Assembly: GCA_965178125.1 (NCBI GenBank)
Contig: CBCXTV010000001.1
Coordinates: 124,001 to 188,000 of the forward strand
Direction: 5' to 3'
Length of the DNA stretch: 64,000 nucleotides
DNA from: Bilabrum cf. latius
Lineage: Eukaryota
In this document: piece after piece, positions 11,785 through 22,731 of the stretch
Layout: each line of letters begins with the position of its first letter
Position numbering within the stretch: the stretch's first letter is position 1
Notes under the pieces: generated by a model
The model's input: only the letters and a program-made list of their open reading frames with translations
Databases searched by the model: none
Told to the model about the DNA's origin: nothing
Made by a program: the position numbers and the translations under genes

Positions 11785-12462
11785 GGCATGCTTGGGGCGG
11801 CACGTGGATCTTCGACGACGCCATTACGCTCAGCGATTGCGGGTCGAGGGTGCAGATCGACGCGCCGCAGTCGAAGGTCTTGGCGATGGTAATGCCCCGG
11901 AAGTCGGGCCAGTGGATTCCTCATAGGCTGCGCTCGCGTACGATCTGGTATTTGGGTGGGGAGCAGTCGGCCGTGATCACCAACCTCAAGTGCCAGGCCT
12001 GCCCCGGAAGTCGGGCCAGGGCATTCTCCGAGTCTCTTTGCCGATGATGTCTGAGGAGAAACCGTCCGAGAGCATTGCTGTTTCCTTGGGAGACGGCCGC
12101 AATCTTCGTGGGCGTCAAGGCGCCGGTAATATGGGAAACGAGGGCGGCATGTTGGCGCGCGAGGTCGACGCCCCGGCGGAGGGGGGGGGCCGTACGTGCC
12201 GTGACAGGTCGCGCCGGAGCCGGCGGAGGAGGCGACATGGACTTGCAACGCGTGCCAGGGCCTAAGCCCCGGTCAGAGTACTTCAAGAAGTGGAAGGACT
12301 GGATCCAACCAGTTTGCCGGGTGTGTTACGACAAGTTCGACAGCGCGACGCCGTGGTGGGTGAGGTGCAAGAACTGCAAAAACGAGTTTCCGGCGTACCG
12401 ATTTCCCCAGATCCGCCGGAAGAGGGACGGGCCTCGATCTCGGAAAGGGCGGGAGTCCGTTC

Positions 12463-13785
12463 TTGCATTCGGAATGGGCGGGGAGTTGCTTTTCCTGGGA
12501 GCATGTGCGAGATTCCTTCTCCGCGGGTCCTCTTTCGGCTTCGGCAGTCAGCAGCGCACTCTGCGGGAACGGCATTCTCCGAGTCTTTTTGCCGATGATG
12601 TCTGAGGAGAAACCGTCTGAAAGCATTGCTGTTTCCTTGGGAGACGGCCGCAATCTTCGTGGGCGTCGAGGCGCCGGTGATATGGGAAACGAGGGCGGCA
12701 TGTTGGCGCGCGAGGTCGACGCGCCGGCGGAGCACGCCGGCGCGGCGGCAAGCGTCGATGATTCGGGCGGCCCCCACATCGAGAGCGGCGGCGCGGAGGC
12801 GGCGTCCACGGGGATGCTCGGAGAGGAGAGCGGCAAGGCAGCGCCGAAGGAGGACGCCGAAGACGACGGCGGCAAGAAGACGGAGGAGGAGGATGCTCGC
12901 GGCGGTGGACGTGCTGTGGTGCCCGGAGGTAATGACGACGTATGGACCGACGCAGCAGCTTGGAAGGCGGGTGGCGGCGTGGCAGCCGGGGCGGTCTCTG
13001 GCGCTGATAGCTGGGCTCTATGGGGGACCCCTGCGAAGTCGTCATGGGGGGAGACGTACGTGCCGCGGCAGGTCGCGTCGGAGCCGGCGGAGGAGGCGAC
13101 ATGGACTTGCAACGCGTGCCAGTGCTGCAAGCCCCGGTCGGCGTACTTCAAGAAGTGGAAGGACTGGATCCAACCAGTTTGCCGGGTGTGTTGCGACAAG
13201 TTCGACAACGCGACGCCGTGGTGGGTGTGGTGCAAGAACTGCAAAAACGAGTATCCGGCGTACCGATTTCCCCAGATCCGCCGGAAGAAGGAGAACTTGC
13301 GCTATTTCTTCCCTGAGGACTGGTGCGCGAAGTGCCTGGTTGCGCGTGGCTGGAGTCTCCATGATGTCCGTTCCTCTGCGGGTGAAGCGAAGCGTTGGGT
13401 GCCAAAAGCTGGCGCGAATACCGGTGACGGCGACAACGACGCTCGTGCTCCCGCACGCGACGAGCTTCCTGCAGGAGGCGCCGCCTCCTGCAGCAACGCC
13501 GTGCATCAGAGTTCTTCGCGTGACGAGGCCTTGGATGACATCAACCGGGCCATGGAGCTTCTCCGGAATGCGGAGAAATTCATCTCCGCGATGCCATCGT
13601 GCATGCAGTGTGCGGTGCAGGACCAGTTGATGCAGGGCATCGTCAAAGACCAGGCCCTCTTGGATATCTTCTCCGGCAAGATAACGGACTGGATCAAATA
13701 CCATCCGGCCACTCTTGGGGCGATCCAATCCTATCGAAACGCATGGCTGTGGGCCGACGGAATGGCTCATGGTTGTCGAGGATGA
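12463..13785 (+). CDS. Chimeric paralogue of the 430-aa zinc-finger gene fused to pieces of the 354-aa and GT-like genes
   Basis: Near-identical to the 1399..2691 product up to MELL.NAE, then QCAVQDQLMQG (354-aa ORF) and IVKDQALLDIFSGKITDW (910-aa ORF), all in frame. Confidence 0.6.
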   Translation: MHSEWAGSCFSWEHVRDSFSAGPLSASAVSSALCGNGILRVFLPMMSEEKPSESIAVSLGDGRNLRGRRGAGDMGNEGGMLAREVDAPAEHAGAAASVDDSGGPHIESGGAEAASTGMLGEESGKAAPKEDAEDDGGKKTEEEDARGGGRAVVPGGNDDVWTDAAAWKAGGGVAAGAVSGADSWALWGTPAKSSWGETYVPRQVASEPAEEATWTCNACQCCKPRSAYFKKWKDWIQPVCRVCCDKFDNATPWWVWCKNCKNEYPAYRFPQIRRKKENLRYFFPEDWCAKCLVARGWSLHDVRSSAGEAKRWVPKAGANTGDGDNDARAPARDELPAGGAASCSNAVHQSSSRDEALDDINRAMELLRNAEKFISAMPSCMQCAVQDQLMQGIVKDQALLDIFSGKITDWIKYHPATLGAIQSYRNAWLWADGMAHGCRG

Positions 13786-15124
13786 TATCGAACCTCGCGA
13801 AGCATGCGTGGATCGGCTACTCGTAGTTCTTCACGCCATCGCGAAACCCCAAGGTGACGCAGATGGCCATGTTAGCGGGGTCAGAAGCACCGAGAATGGT
13901 CAGCCTCCAGCGCGGAAACTCACCTCATGCACAACTGCGAGCGCCTCTTGGACGTGCGGACCTATCCGGCGCACTGGGTAGACAACACATTTGTGGTCCC
14001 CTTCCACGTGGGCATGGGCCTAAAGTGGTATCTCATCAGCCCGGAGGGGAGGAAGGCGCTCCTGAAGATGCGGATCCCGAACCGAAGCTTCGAACGCTGC
14101 GTCTGGCGCCGCATCTTCGACACGTTCCAAGGGCCGGTATGTAATGTCCGTCGTGATGTCCGTGTGCGCGGCCCTGAGTTGGGGGGTTGTCTCGTCTGGG
14201 AAAAAACAGAGCGCGTGCCCATCTCCTACGAAGACTTGTGCGGTGTTCACGAGCACGCCGGCGAAACCTCGAGTTTTGGCATCAAGATCGTGTCGCGGCC
14301 AGGCTGTACGACGGCGGCAAGAAGACGGAGAAGGAGGATGCTCACGGTATCGCCCTGATCATCTGCACGACTTCGTGGGGCTCCATGACGTAACGGCGAG
14401 CGAGAACATTGACTGGTGGCGTGGCTGGAGGATCTCGGGAACACACGGCGGGCGAGCCGTTTTTCAAAAGGAGCACGGGTCCTTCGGGACGCCATTTCAC
14501 TTACGGCGGGCGAGCCGTTTTCCGAATGGTGCGGGGGTCCTACTGATGCACACGGCGATCGCTGGTTCACTCACGGCGGGCGAGCCGTTTTCCGAATGGT
14601 GCGGAGTCCTCCAGATGACCACGGTGATGGGTGGCAGCATGTCATAGGCGCGCCGTCGGAAGCTTCCCCTTCGAGTGATGCCTAAAACTGAGAAACCTGG
14701 AGATCCTAGCATCGTATGGAGGCAAGAGGTAACACCTTGGGGTCCGTTCTCCGCTTCAATTCCTGTCCCAAATCCGATTCCCATTTCGAGACCGAAAAAG
14801 GTGACCCGGAAAACGACGGTACTTATTTCTGAACCGTTTTCCGGACGCTTTCCGGGTCTCCCATGTGACCGCTTTTTGCGTACCGAAACACGTTCCGCGC
14901 GTGAGGAGCAGATGCGGATCTCCGCGGGGTCCTATTTGTGTCTTTTTTCGGGGACGAAATCGGGCGCACTTCTCGTGCCGATTTGTGGTCGTCTCTGAAA
15001 CCGGCTGCGAGTCGGGAAAGGTGCCCGAGATGCTTGTGTCCTTGGCTTCGTATTTCTCCGCATATTCTTCAAACGCGGGCGGCAGTGGCTCCTGCGCGGG
15101 AGCTTCCCGAGTGGGTCCGTCGTG

Positions 15125-15321
15125 CAGTGCGCTGGGTAGGTCCGCAGGTCAAGGAGGCGCTCGCAGTTATAGACGTAGGTGGAGTTTGCGAGCTGCCGGC
15201 CGACATGCTCATGTGGTGACCGGAGGTCACCACATGAGCATGTCGGCCGGCAGCTCGCAAACCCCACCTGCGTCTATAACTGCGAACGCCTCCTTGACCT
15301 GCGGACCTACCCAGCGCACTG
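15125..15321. repeat. Long inverted repeat (97-bp arms, 3-nt loop)
   Basis: 15125-15221 is the reverse complement of 15225-15321 with 3 mismatches; loop GGA. Confidence 0.93.
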
Positions 15322-15401
15322 AGCAGACAACGCATTTGTGGTCCCCCTCCACGTCGGCATGGGCTTGAAGTGGTACCTCAGGAGGATTTCACTTGCGCCG
15401 G

Positions 15402-16305
15402 CCCCCAGGATTTCGCCAAAAATGGCCGATCCGCACAAGGAATTTAAGTTGCGGCGACACAGCTCGGACCCTGGCTTTTTTTTGGCTGTTTCGGGGCCCC
15501 AAGAGGGCTCCCGGCCCCAAAAAGGGCAAAACGCGAGGTTGTGGTGGAAAAAATGGGCCCCAAGGAGTCTCCAAACGACGCAAAACGCCACGTTGTGGTG
15601 GATTTTAGAGCCCCTAAATCGCCCAAAAAAGACGCAAAACGCCACGTGGTGGTGGATTTTAGAGCCCCTAAATCGCCAAAAAAGACGCAAAACGCCACGT
15701 TGTAGTGGATTTTAGAGCCCCTAAATCGCCCAAAAAAGACGCAAAACGCCACGTTGTGGTGTTTTTTTTGAGCGTTTTCGGGGGGCTCGGAAGGGGACCC
15801 CCCCAGGATTTGGCCAAAAATGGCCGATCCACACAAGGACTTTAAGTTGCGGCGACACAGTTCGGGCCCCGGTTTGTTTTTGCGGTTTGGGGGCCCCGAG
15901 AGGGCTCCCGGCCCCAAAAAGGGCAAAACGCGAGGTTGTGGTGGAAAAATGGGCCCCAGGCAGCCCCAAACGACGCAAAACGCCACGTTGTGGTGGATTT
16001 TAGAGCCCTAAATCGCCCAAAAAAGACGCAAAACGCCACGTTGTCGTGGATTTTAGAGCCCTAAATCGCCCCAAAGAGACGCAAAACGCCACGTTGTAGT
16101 GGATTTTAGAGCCCCTAAACCGCCCTAAAAAGACGCCAAACGCCACGTTGTGGTGTTTTTTTTGAGCGTTTTGGGGGGCCCGGAAGGGGACCCCCCCAGG
16201 ATTTGGCCCAAAATGGCCGATCCACACAAGGAATTTAAGTTGCGGCGACACAGTTCGGGCCCCGGGGTTTGTTTTGCTGTTTGGGGGCCCCAAGAGGGCT
16301 CCCGG
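15402..16305. repeat. Higher-order satellite: 53-54-bp monomers inside ~395-bp units
   Basis: GACGCAAAACGCCACG monomers at 15577, 15631, 15684 and 15738, then again from ~15970; CCCCAGGATTT..CCAAAA.TGGCCGATCC at ~15402, ~15801 and ~16194. Confidence 0.92.
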
Positions 16306-19124
16306 GAGGCCCTAGAGTGGCCCTTCTCCGCTTCAATTCCTGTCCCAAATCCGATTCCCATTTCGAGACCGAAAAAGGTGACCCGGAAAACGACGGTACT
16401 CTCCGTCACTCCATCTGGCGGCGAAAATTGCCTCAGTTTCCGGTCCCCGATTCCGGGCCCAGGGACCCCCGAAATTCCCGATTCCGCGCAGTGCCGAAAG
16501 CTCGACATAAACCACAAACACGACACACAACACAACACGATAGCGCCTCCCCACGCGCGGGATTGGGTCCTTCCGCTCGCTGCATGTGAGCTGCAGTGTG
16601 TTCTTGCCGGGAATGTCACTGGAAGTCGCGCTGCAGTCTGCTCAGGGCGCCTTATGACCATGAAGGCGTCTCAGCACCCGCGACGGCAAGAGGGGGCACG
16701 CACGACGTTGCGAAGCACCCGCCCTGGGTGAAGAAACTGCGTATCCACAGGAGTCACGTTCAGGTGCGCGAGAATTGGAAAGGCGGGGTAACTGGTGCAG
16801 AGGAGCTTGTTCGCAGCGCGGCTTCCACCAGCGCCGCTGACGGTAAGATGCATCGGTCTCGGTACATGAGTCGGCACGGTGTTGCGTGATTGACTTCACG
16901 ATGCGGGAGTGTGCAGCCTTCCGCAGCGGGAGAATTGTATCTCCCCACGACCGCCGAAAAAAAAAAGAAGGCTATGCTGGACTCGTTCCAGGGAAGGCTA
17001 TGCGATGAGTATCTCTAGGCGCTTTCCGGAAGACCCACCCACTACACGCTGGTCAGCCCTCCCAAGCGGGAGTGAACCGCGGATCCGCGGGCCCGTGAGC
17101 GCTGCTGCTACGATCATTTCTGCCCGTTTGACTCTCGCCCACTCTTGCCGTGACCAAAGACGCGCAGATCCTTATGACGCATGACACCTCGTCGAGGTGT
17201 CGAGACTGCCTCACATTCCCGTTACAAAGACCCACAGCACTGCGACAACGAAATCGGTCACGAAGAGAGCAAGAGGCCGCGCACCTGAGCATCACAAAAA
17301 CCCCGAGAGACATAAACAACACCGTCCCGTGAAGTCCCTGCGACGAGGGGATGCTAAGCGGCTCCCACGGCGGCTCCTCTGCGGGAAAAGCTGCCGCAGA
17401 CCTCGAGATGGGATGCACATGACTGCGAAGATTGCGGAACTCGTCCGAAGCCGGTCGCACGAGGGTCACAGCGAATGGAGGCATATCTATGAAATAGAGT
17501 CTGCGTGCAAAGCAGCATTCCAACGATCGTCCGCATTCTTCCGAGCAAATCCTTGGGAGCACACATCCTGCGGACGACATCTCTTTTCTATCCACCCCAG
17601 CGTACTCCCCGCACACACTTCTCGCGAATGATTGAGAATTCTGTGCGGCACATGTAATATCAGGCTACCATGATACGCGGAATGGCGTGCTATTGCTCGC
17701 ACGTTCGTGCGCCCCCTTCCGAATGCGCTTACCACATCACTATGTTCGTCGGCAACCGTATACACCGTAGGGGTCTTCCCTCCGACACCAAGCGTACACG
17801 ACTGGCCGTAATAGCGCAGCGTAGATGTTTCGGACGTCGCCCAGGACAAGTGTCGACGCCCGGTTCGTCACGATCACTACGTGTGCACTTCACTCACCGC
17901 CCTCCAGCCGCTAGACTTCTTTTGGAGCGCGACATCCTACGACGCGCTATGACACGTAGCCGTAAACCGCAGACGGCCTCGCGTTCACTGCTTGCAGCGC
18001 AAGAGCGTGAACAAGAACCGCCCGCGTGGCACACCTTCGCAGGCGCGGAAGACAAAAAGTTCCTTCTAAGCTTGTATTCGGGTCCGAAAGCCAAATTCCA
18101 CTTCGGGGTCGAGAAGGGCGACCCGGGAAATCACCGTACGCTCTGTGAATCCATTTCCCGGGGAAAGTCCCCGAGTTCCCGCTACCCGGTCCCAGGCCCA
18201 GCGACCCAGGAAAGTTCCCGTCCCCCCGCATGCGGAAACCTCCCACGAAGCACGCCCACCTCACGCTTCACACGCAAAAGTCCAGGAGTCAAATCCATTC
18301 CGGACCCAGCAGTTCACCCCCCGTGACGATTGGGAAAGGCTCTTGCACACACCTTCTCGTCCGAGCAGTCTATGGAGCACACACCTGTCTTCGTTGCCTT
18401 TTCCGGCCAAAAATGCAGGGAGTTCGAAGGGGAAGTAGCAAGCGCGGAAGACCGCTTTCGAAACGCAGGTGCTCAGGGAAAAACAACCAGAGCGTCCCTG
18501 ATCCTCGGCAGAGCCGTCCAGGAGGGACGGGCACGGACGGGCATCGCAGATCTTGCAGCGCCACCATTCGCCGGGATGGGCGACCGGACGAGGGCGACCA
18601 CAAGTACGTAGCGTGCGACGTCCGTCAGTCGCCATGTTGCGCTGATTCGCTTTCGCGGCACGACTTCCAGGGCCGGCCTTACTCACTCCTCGGAGTCCGC
18701 GTGTGGATTCTCCCCTGCGCATGATCTGCCGCTCTAGATGCTACACAAAGATCCCGCTCGGATGACCCCCTCTGTGCATTCTGCAAGATTTTACGCGCCT
18801 CCATTCAATGCGCGAAGCATGCACCGCAGCAGTCTGAGTCCGGTGACCACCTTCAATAGCGTGGGACAAATTCCGTCCGCGATGTGCATTCGGGCATGCT
18901 CCCCTTTCCGAGTCTCTGTGACCCGTAGTGCGTCCGCGGCCAACGACTCAGGACTCCACGATGGTACGCACGAGTTGCATTCCTTGCACGAAGCGTGCGG
19001 AGAGAAAGCGATGCTCAGACATCGAGGCGCTTGGAGGGTCTGCACGCGACATGCTTCGAGAGGCCATGCAAACATGCGAAACCAGAACTGAGGTTCCTCA
19101 TCGTTCCTGCTGTCGAGCGCTCAA

Positions 19125-21857
19125 TTGGGGCATCGGATCAGGACGAAGCTCGCGAAGAGAGGGCGCGGGTGTCCCCATCCAAAAATCCGCCGCCTTCAAG
19201 GCTCATGTTCCCGGATCCTGCATTCGCGAGTTTCGGGAGCAGAAGTGCAAGATCGCCGCTGGACACACAGCGCATGCCATTTCCCGTCTCTGGAGATGTC
19301 GGGCTTCCAGGCGCAATTCGGACACCATCGCCAGGACCTCGGGAAGATGACATGTCTGCTGATCTGCAGGGAAGAGTCCCGCTTCGAGGAGTGGCGACAA
19401 AAAAAAGGGGCGCGAGAACTCCACGAGCACATGGGAGCGGTCCTTCGGCTCCCCAATCCAGTGTTTCCGCAGACCGACAGGGACCCAGATGGACGCGACA
19501 TCGTCAAAGACCAGGCCCTCTTGGATATCTTCTCCGGCAAGATAACGGACTGGAGCAAATACAATCCGGCCACTGTTGGGGCGATCCAATCCCATCGAAA
19601 CGCATGGCTGTGGGCTGAGAACCACACGCCGACGGAATGGCTCATGGTTGTCGAAGATGATATCGAACCTCGCGAAGCATGCGTGGATCGGCTACTCGTA
19701 GTTCTTCACGCCATCGCGAAAAACCCCAAGGTGACGCAGATGGCCATGTTAGCGGGGTCAGAAGCACCGAGAATGGTCACCCTCCAGCGCGAAAACTCCA
19801 CCTCCATCCACAATTGCGAGCGCCTCTTGGACGTGCGGACCTATCCGGCGCACTGGGTAGACAACACATTTGTGGTCCCCTACCACGTCGGCATGGGCCT
19901 AAAGTGGTATCTCATCAGCCCGGAGGGGAGGAAGGCGCTCCTGAAGATGCGGATCCCGAACCGAAGCTTCGAACGCTGCGTCTGGCGCCGCCTCTTCGAC
20001 ACGTTCCAAGGGCCGGTATGGAAGTGGGGAGATTGCCTCCGCATGACATCTGTGCTGGCAGCCAGCCCGGTCCTCGCATCGACTCCCGAGAGCATGGACA
20101 CGGAGTGGGGGGGCTCGGGACGACGAAGTGCGGATGCAGGGCACAGTATGAAACCGTACATAATGGTCGACCCGAGTGACGACTGGACTCTTGGCGAGCG
20201 ATTAAACACATTGTCCGTCGTGATGTCCGTGTGCGCGGCCCTGAGTTGGGGGGTTGTCCTCGTCTGGGAAAAAACAGAGCGCGTGCCCATCTCCTACGAA
20301 GACTTGTGCGGTGTTCACGAGCACGCCGGCGAAACCAACACGTTCGTCCACCTCCTCCAGGACAAACGCGGCGGGTCGTATTCGTACTTCCTGAGGTACG
20401 GAGACATCCGCATCCACGTGGTGCAGCCGATGATGTGCATCCCCACCCTCGACAGAATGCTCGACATGGTAGCCCTGAAGAGGCCCAAGATGAACACCCT
20501 GCCTCCCTTGAAATGGCAGACCGCTCGATGGATCCAAGTCAAGCAGAAGTGGATCGATAAACTCCACACGGAGATGCCGGGGGCCGAGCTGCCCTCATGG
20601 CTGGAGTGGCCACCCTCAACCCACGCGCTTGTCCTCTGCGACGACAGGGACTTGGCGGCGCACTGCCTCGAGGGGAGATGCCAAAAGGAGCAGCAGGAGT
20701 GGATGAACGACGGGAAGGACAACAGCATCCAGCACTACATCCTTGAGGCAAAGCAAGCGCTGCAGAACGAGTTGGAAGACATCCTAAAGGGGGACAGCAG
20801 CTCACGCCTCGTCGTGATCCGCATGACAACCAAACTGCTGGGACAGGTCTGGGTGGACATGATGAAGCACCTCACGAAGCAGTTCGGGAAGCGCATCATA
20901 ACGCCAACGTTCCTCCTCCCGAAAATGATCCCCAAAAGGAGGCACGACGAAAAGAACCCGAGTGATGATTGGATTACTTGGGGAGCATCCTTGGCGAAAA
21001 CCGTGGGCCTCCTCACGCTCATACCTCCGATGCAAGTGCACTATCCCATCATGAGCTGGACCGTGGCCTGGAACCACTTCATGTTTAAGGGCAGGACTGC
21101 CACGGACACCGTGATCCCAGACGTCATCCGAACTCTGTACGCTCCGCACAAGAGCAACAGGAAGCAGCTCCTCAAGAACGGCCCGCTGTGCCAGACGAGG
21201 CGCGCCGTGCTGGACTCGCCCGCACTGCGGGACATTGCGAACAACTACTCAAGGGCCAAGGACAAGACCTATAACCTCTTGAGTTATTCCAAATGGTTTG
21301 CCGAAGAAGCCATGTGGCACATGATCAAGTACGCGGAAAGCACGCAGTGCATCGTCGACCCGTTCGTGAGCCGCCAGTGCCAAAAGGTCTTCGAGCACAT
21401 CCCCTCGGACGACATCGGCCATGCGGACGCCCGGCTCCGGTACAACCTTCAGGATGCCGACGACCGAGGTTACCGCTTCAACGCGGGGCATCTCTACACC
21501 GCGGTGCAGGGCATCAAAACGGTGAACATCGCATACAACAAGTGGCTCACCGAGCAGGCACAGAGTCATTCCGAATGGAGCTGGGGCAAAACGTTCATCA
21601 AGCTTGTGATCAACCAGTGGCGGCAGCAGCAGGGCAGTGAGCCGTATGACGTGGACGAGGAGGACTACGTGAGCCTTCCGCGGACCTTCCACGGGAATTC
21701 GTTGAAGCTCGCGAGGAGCGTAAGCCTCCAGGACACGAGATCCTGCTCCAGATCGTCCTCATCCTATTCCAGGTCGCCCTCCACCAACAGGACTGAGGCA
21801 CAGCCTTCGAAGAGAGCGCGCCTGACCCCGGCACCCGGCGTAAAGCACGAGCCCTGA
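19125..21857 (+). CDS. Large protein with an N-terminal GT25-like glycosyltransferase domain and a possible second GT-like domain
   Basis: 910-aa ORF; SHRNAW...WLMVVEDD and YLISPEGRKALL match the GT25 pattern SHxxxW...LILEDD / YxISxxGAxKLL. True start is probably downstream of 19125. Confidence 0.65.
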   Translation: MGHRIRTKLAKRGRGCPHPKIRRLQGSCSRILHSRVSGAEVQDRRWTHSACHFPSLEMSGFQAQFGHHRQDLGKMTCLLICREESRFEEWRQKKGARELHEHMGAVLRLPNPVFPQTDRDPDGRDIVKDQALLDIFSGKITDWSKYNPATVGAIQSHRNAWLWAENHTPTEWLMVVEDDIEPREACVDRLLVVLHAIAKNPKVTQMAMLAGSEAPRMVTLQRENSTSIHNCERLLDVRTYPAHWVDNTFVVPYHVGMGLKWYLISPEGRKALLKMRIPNRSFERCVWRRLFDTFQGPVWKWGDCLRMTSVLAASPVLASTPESMDTEWGGSGRRSADAGHSMKPYIMVDPSDDWTLGERLNTLSVVMSVCAALSWGVVLVWEKTERVPISYEDLCGVHEHAGETNTFVHLLQDKRGGSYSYFLRYGDIRIHVVQPMMCIPTLDRMLDMVALKRPKMNTLPPLKWQTARWIQVKQKWIDKLHTEMPGAELPSWLEWPPSTHALVLCDDRDLAAHCLEGRCQKEQQEWMNDGKDNSIQHYILEAKQALQNELEDILKGDSSSRLVVIRMTTKLLGQVWVDMMKHLTKQFGKRIITPTFLLPKMIPKRRHDEKNPSDDWITWGASLAKTVGLLTLIPPMQVHYPIMSWTVAWNHFMFKGRTATDTVIPDVIRTLYAPHKSNRKQLLKNGPLCQTRRAVLDSPALRDIANNYSRAKDKTYNLLSYSKWFAEEAMWHMIKYAESTQCIVDPFVSRQCQKVFEHIPSDDIGHADARLRYNLQDADDRGYRFNAGHLYTAVQGIKTVNIAYNKWLTEQAQSHSEWSWGKTFIKLVINQWRQQQGSEPYDVDEEDYVSLPRTFHGNSLKLARSVSLQDTRSCSRSSSSYSRSPSTNRTEAQPSKRARLTPAPGVKHEP

Positions 21858-22731
21858 CGACGAAATGCCGCAGAACAGCGCGTTGCGGGGAGACAAAGCT
21901 CCGCGGGCAACAGCAGAAGGCCGCCGAGCGCCGGAGTTGGAGGGTCACATAGTTCCATCGGTCCCATTCTCTCCGGAAGTCGCATAGCACGTAGAGATCC
22001 GCATGCTCTCGGTGCATGAACGCTGGCAGCACGCAGTGCCAAAGTCGCAAAGCGCTTCAGAGTCACAAGTCCAGAAGTTCTTCTGCCAATGTGTGTCCTC
22101 TTCCCGCTCATGTGTGCATCCTCGGAGGAAGTCTGGAGATGACAGGACCCAGCACGCAGCACATCAGAAGTCCTTTTTTAAAGCGGCATCGTCAGACAAA
22201 AATCTGGAACGCCCTTCCGCAAAAAAGAGTGCTGCCCACAGAAAAAAGGGAAACACCTGAGGCCCCAGAAGCCAAAGGGAGGACCGCGAAGGACGCAGTT
22301 TCGAGGTCACACTTTCCGGGACCAGTTTTGAGCCCAAAAAGGGGTACACAAGAGGAAAACACGATGCGGGAGGCTTGAAATTGTCACCGAAAACGGGCCC
22401 AAAATTGGGACCCCTTTTTCGCAAATTTCGCAGCATCCAGACGACCCAGAAAGGCTTTCCCAGGCGCCGCCTCGAAGCTCACCTTCTCGCATGCAACCAT
22501 GACGCAGCCCCACCTCCTCATGCAGACGCGTCTGAGAGACCCCGCAGTGGAACTTCTCCCATTCTGCGCAGGAAGCACTTCAGTCTACAAGGACCCGCGC
22601 ACTTCTTACCGCACCACCTCCATGTGAAAGCACTTCTCGCGGAGTTTTTTTCGGGCCCAGGAATACAGCAACTGCCAGAAGCTTCGCACAGAAAAGCAGC
22701 CCACTCAGGAAGCAAACTCACTGCACACCCC

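Larger units (their letters stand above)
8866..15380 (+). pseudogene. Patchwork of rearranged fragments of the unit's own genes
   Basis: Pieces of rep, the GT-like gene, the 430-aa and 354-aa ZnF genes and the 22.7-kb coiled-coil gene are directly recognisable (see findings). Confidence 0.85.

Noticed and set aside
15577-16160. CRISPR-like regularly spaced repeats
   Set aside because: Monomers are contiguous with no unique spacers and no cas genes; this is a satellite.
16500-19100. Many 60-220-aa ORFs on both strands
   Set aside because: No recognisable motifs and no way to choose a frame; small real genes remain possible.
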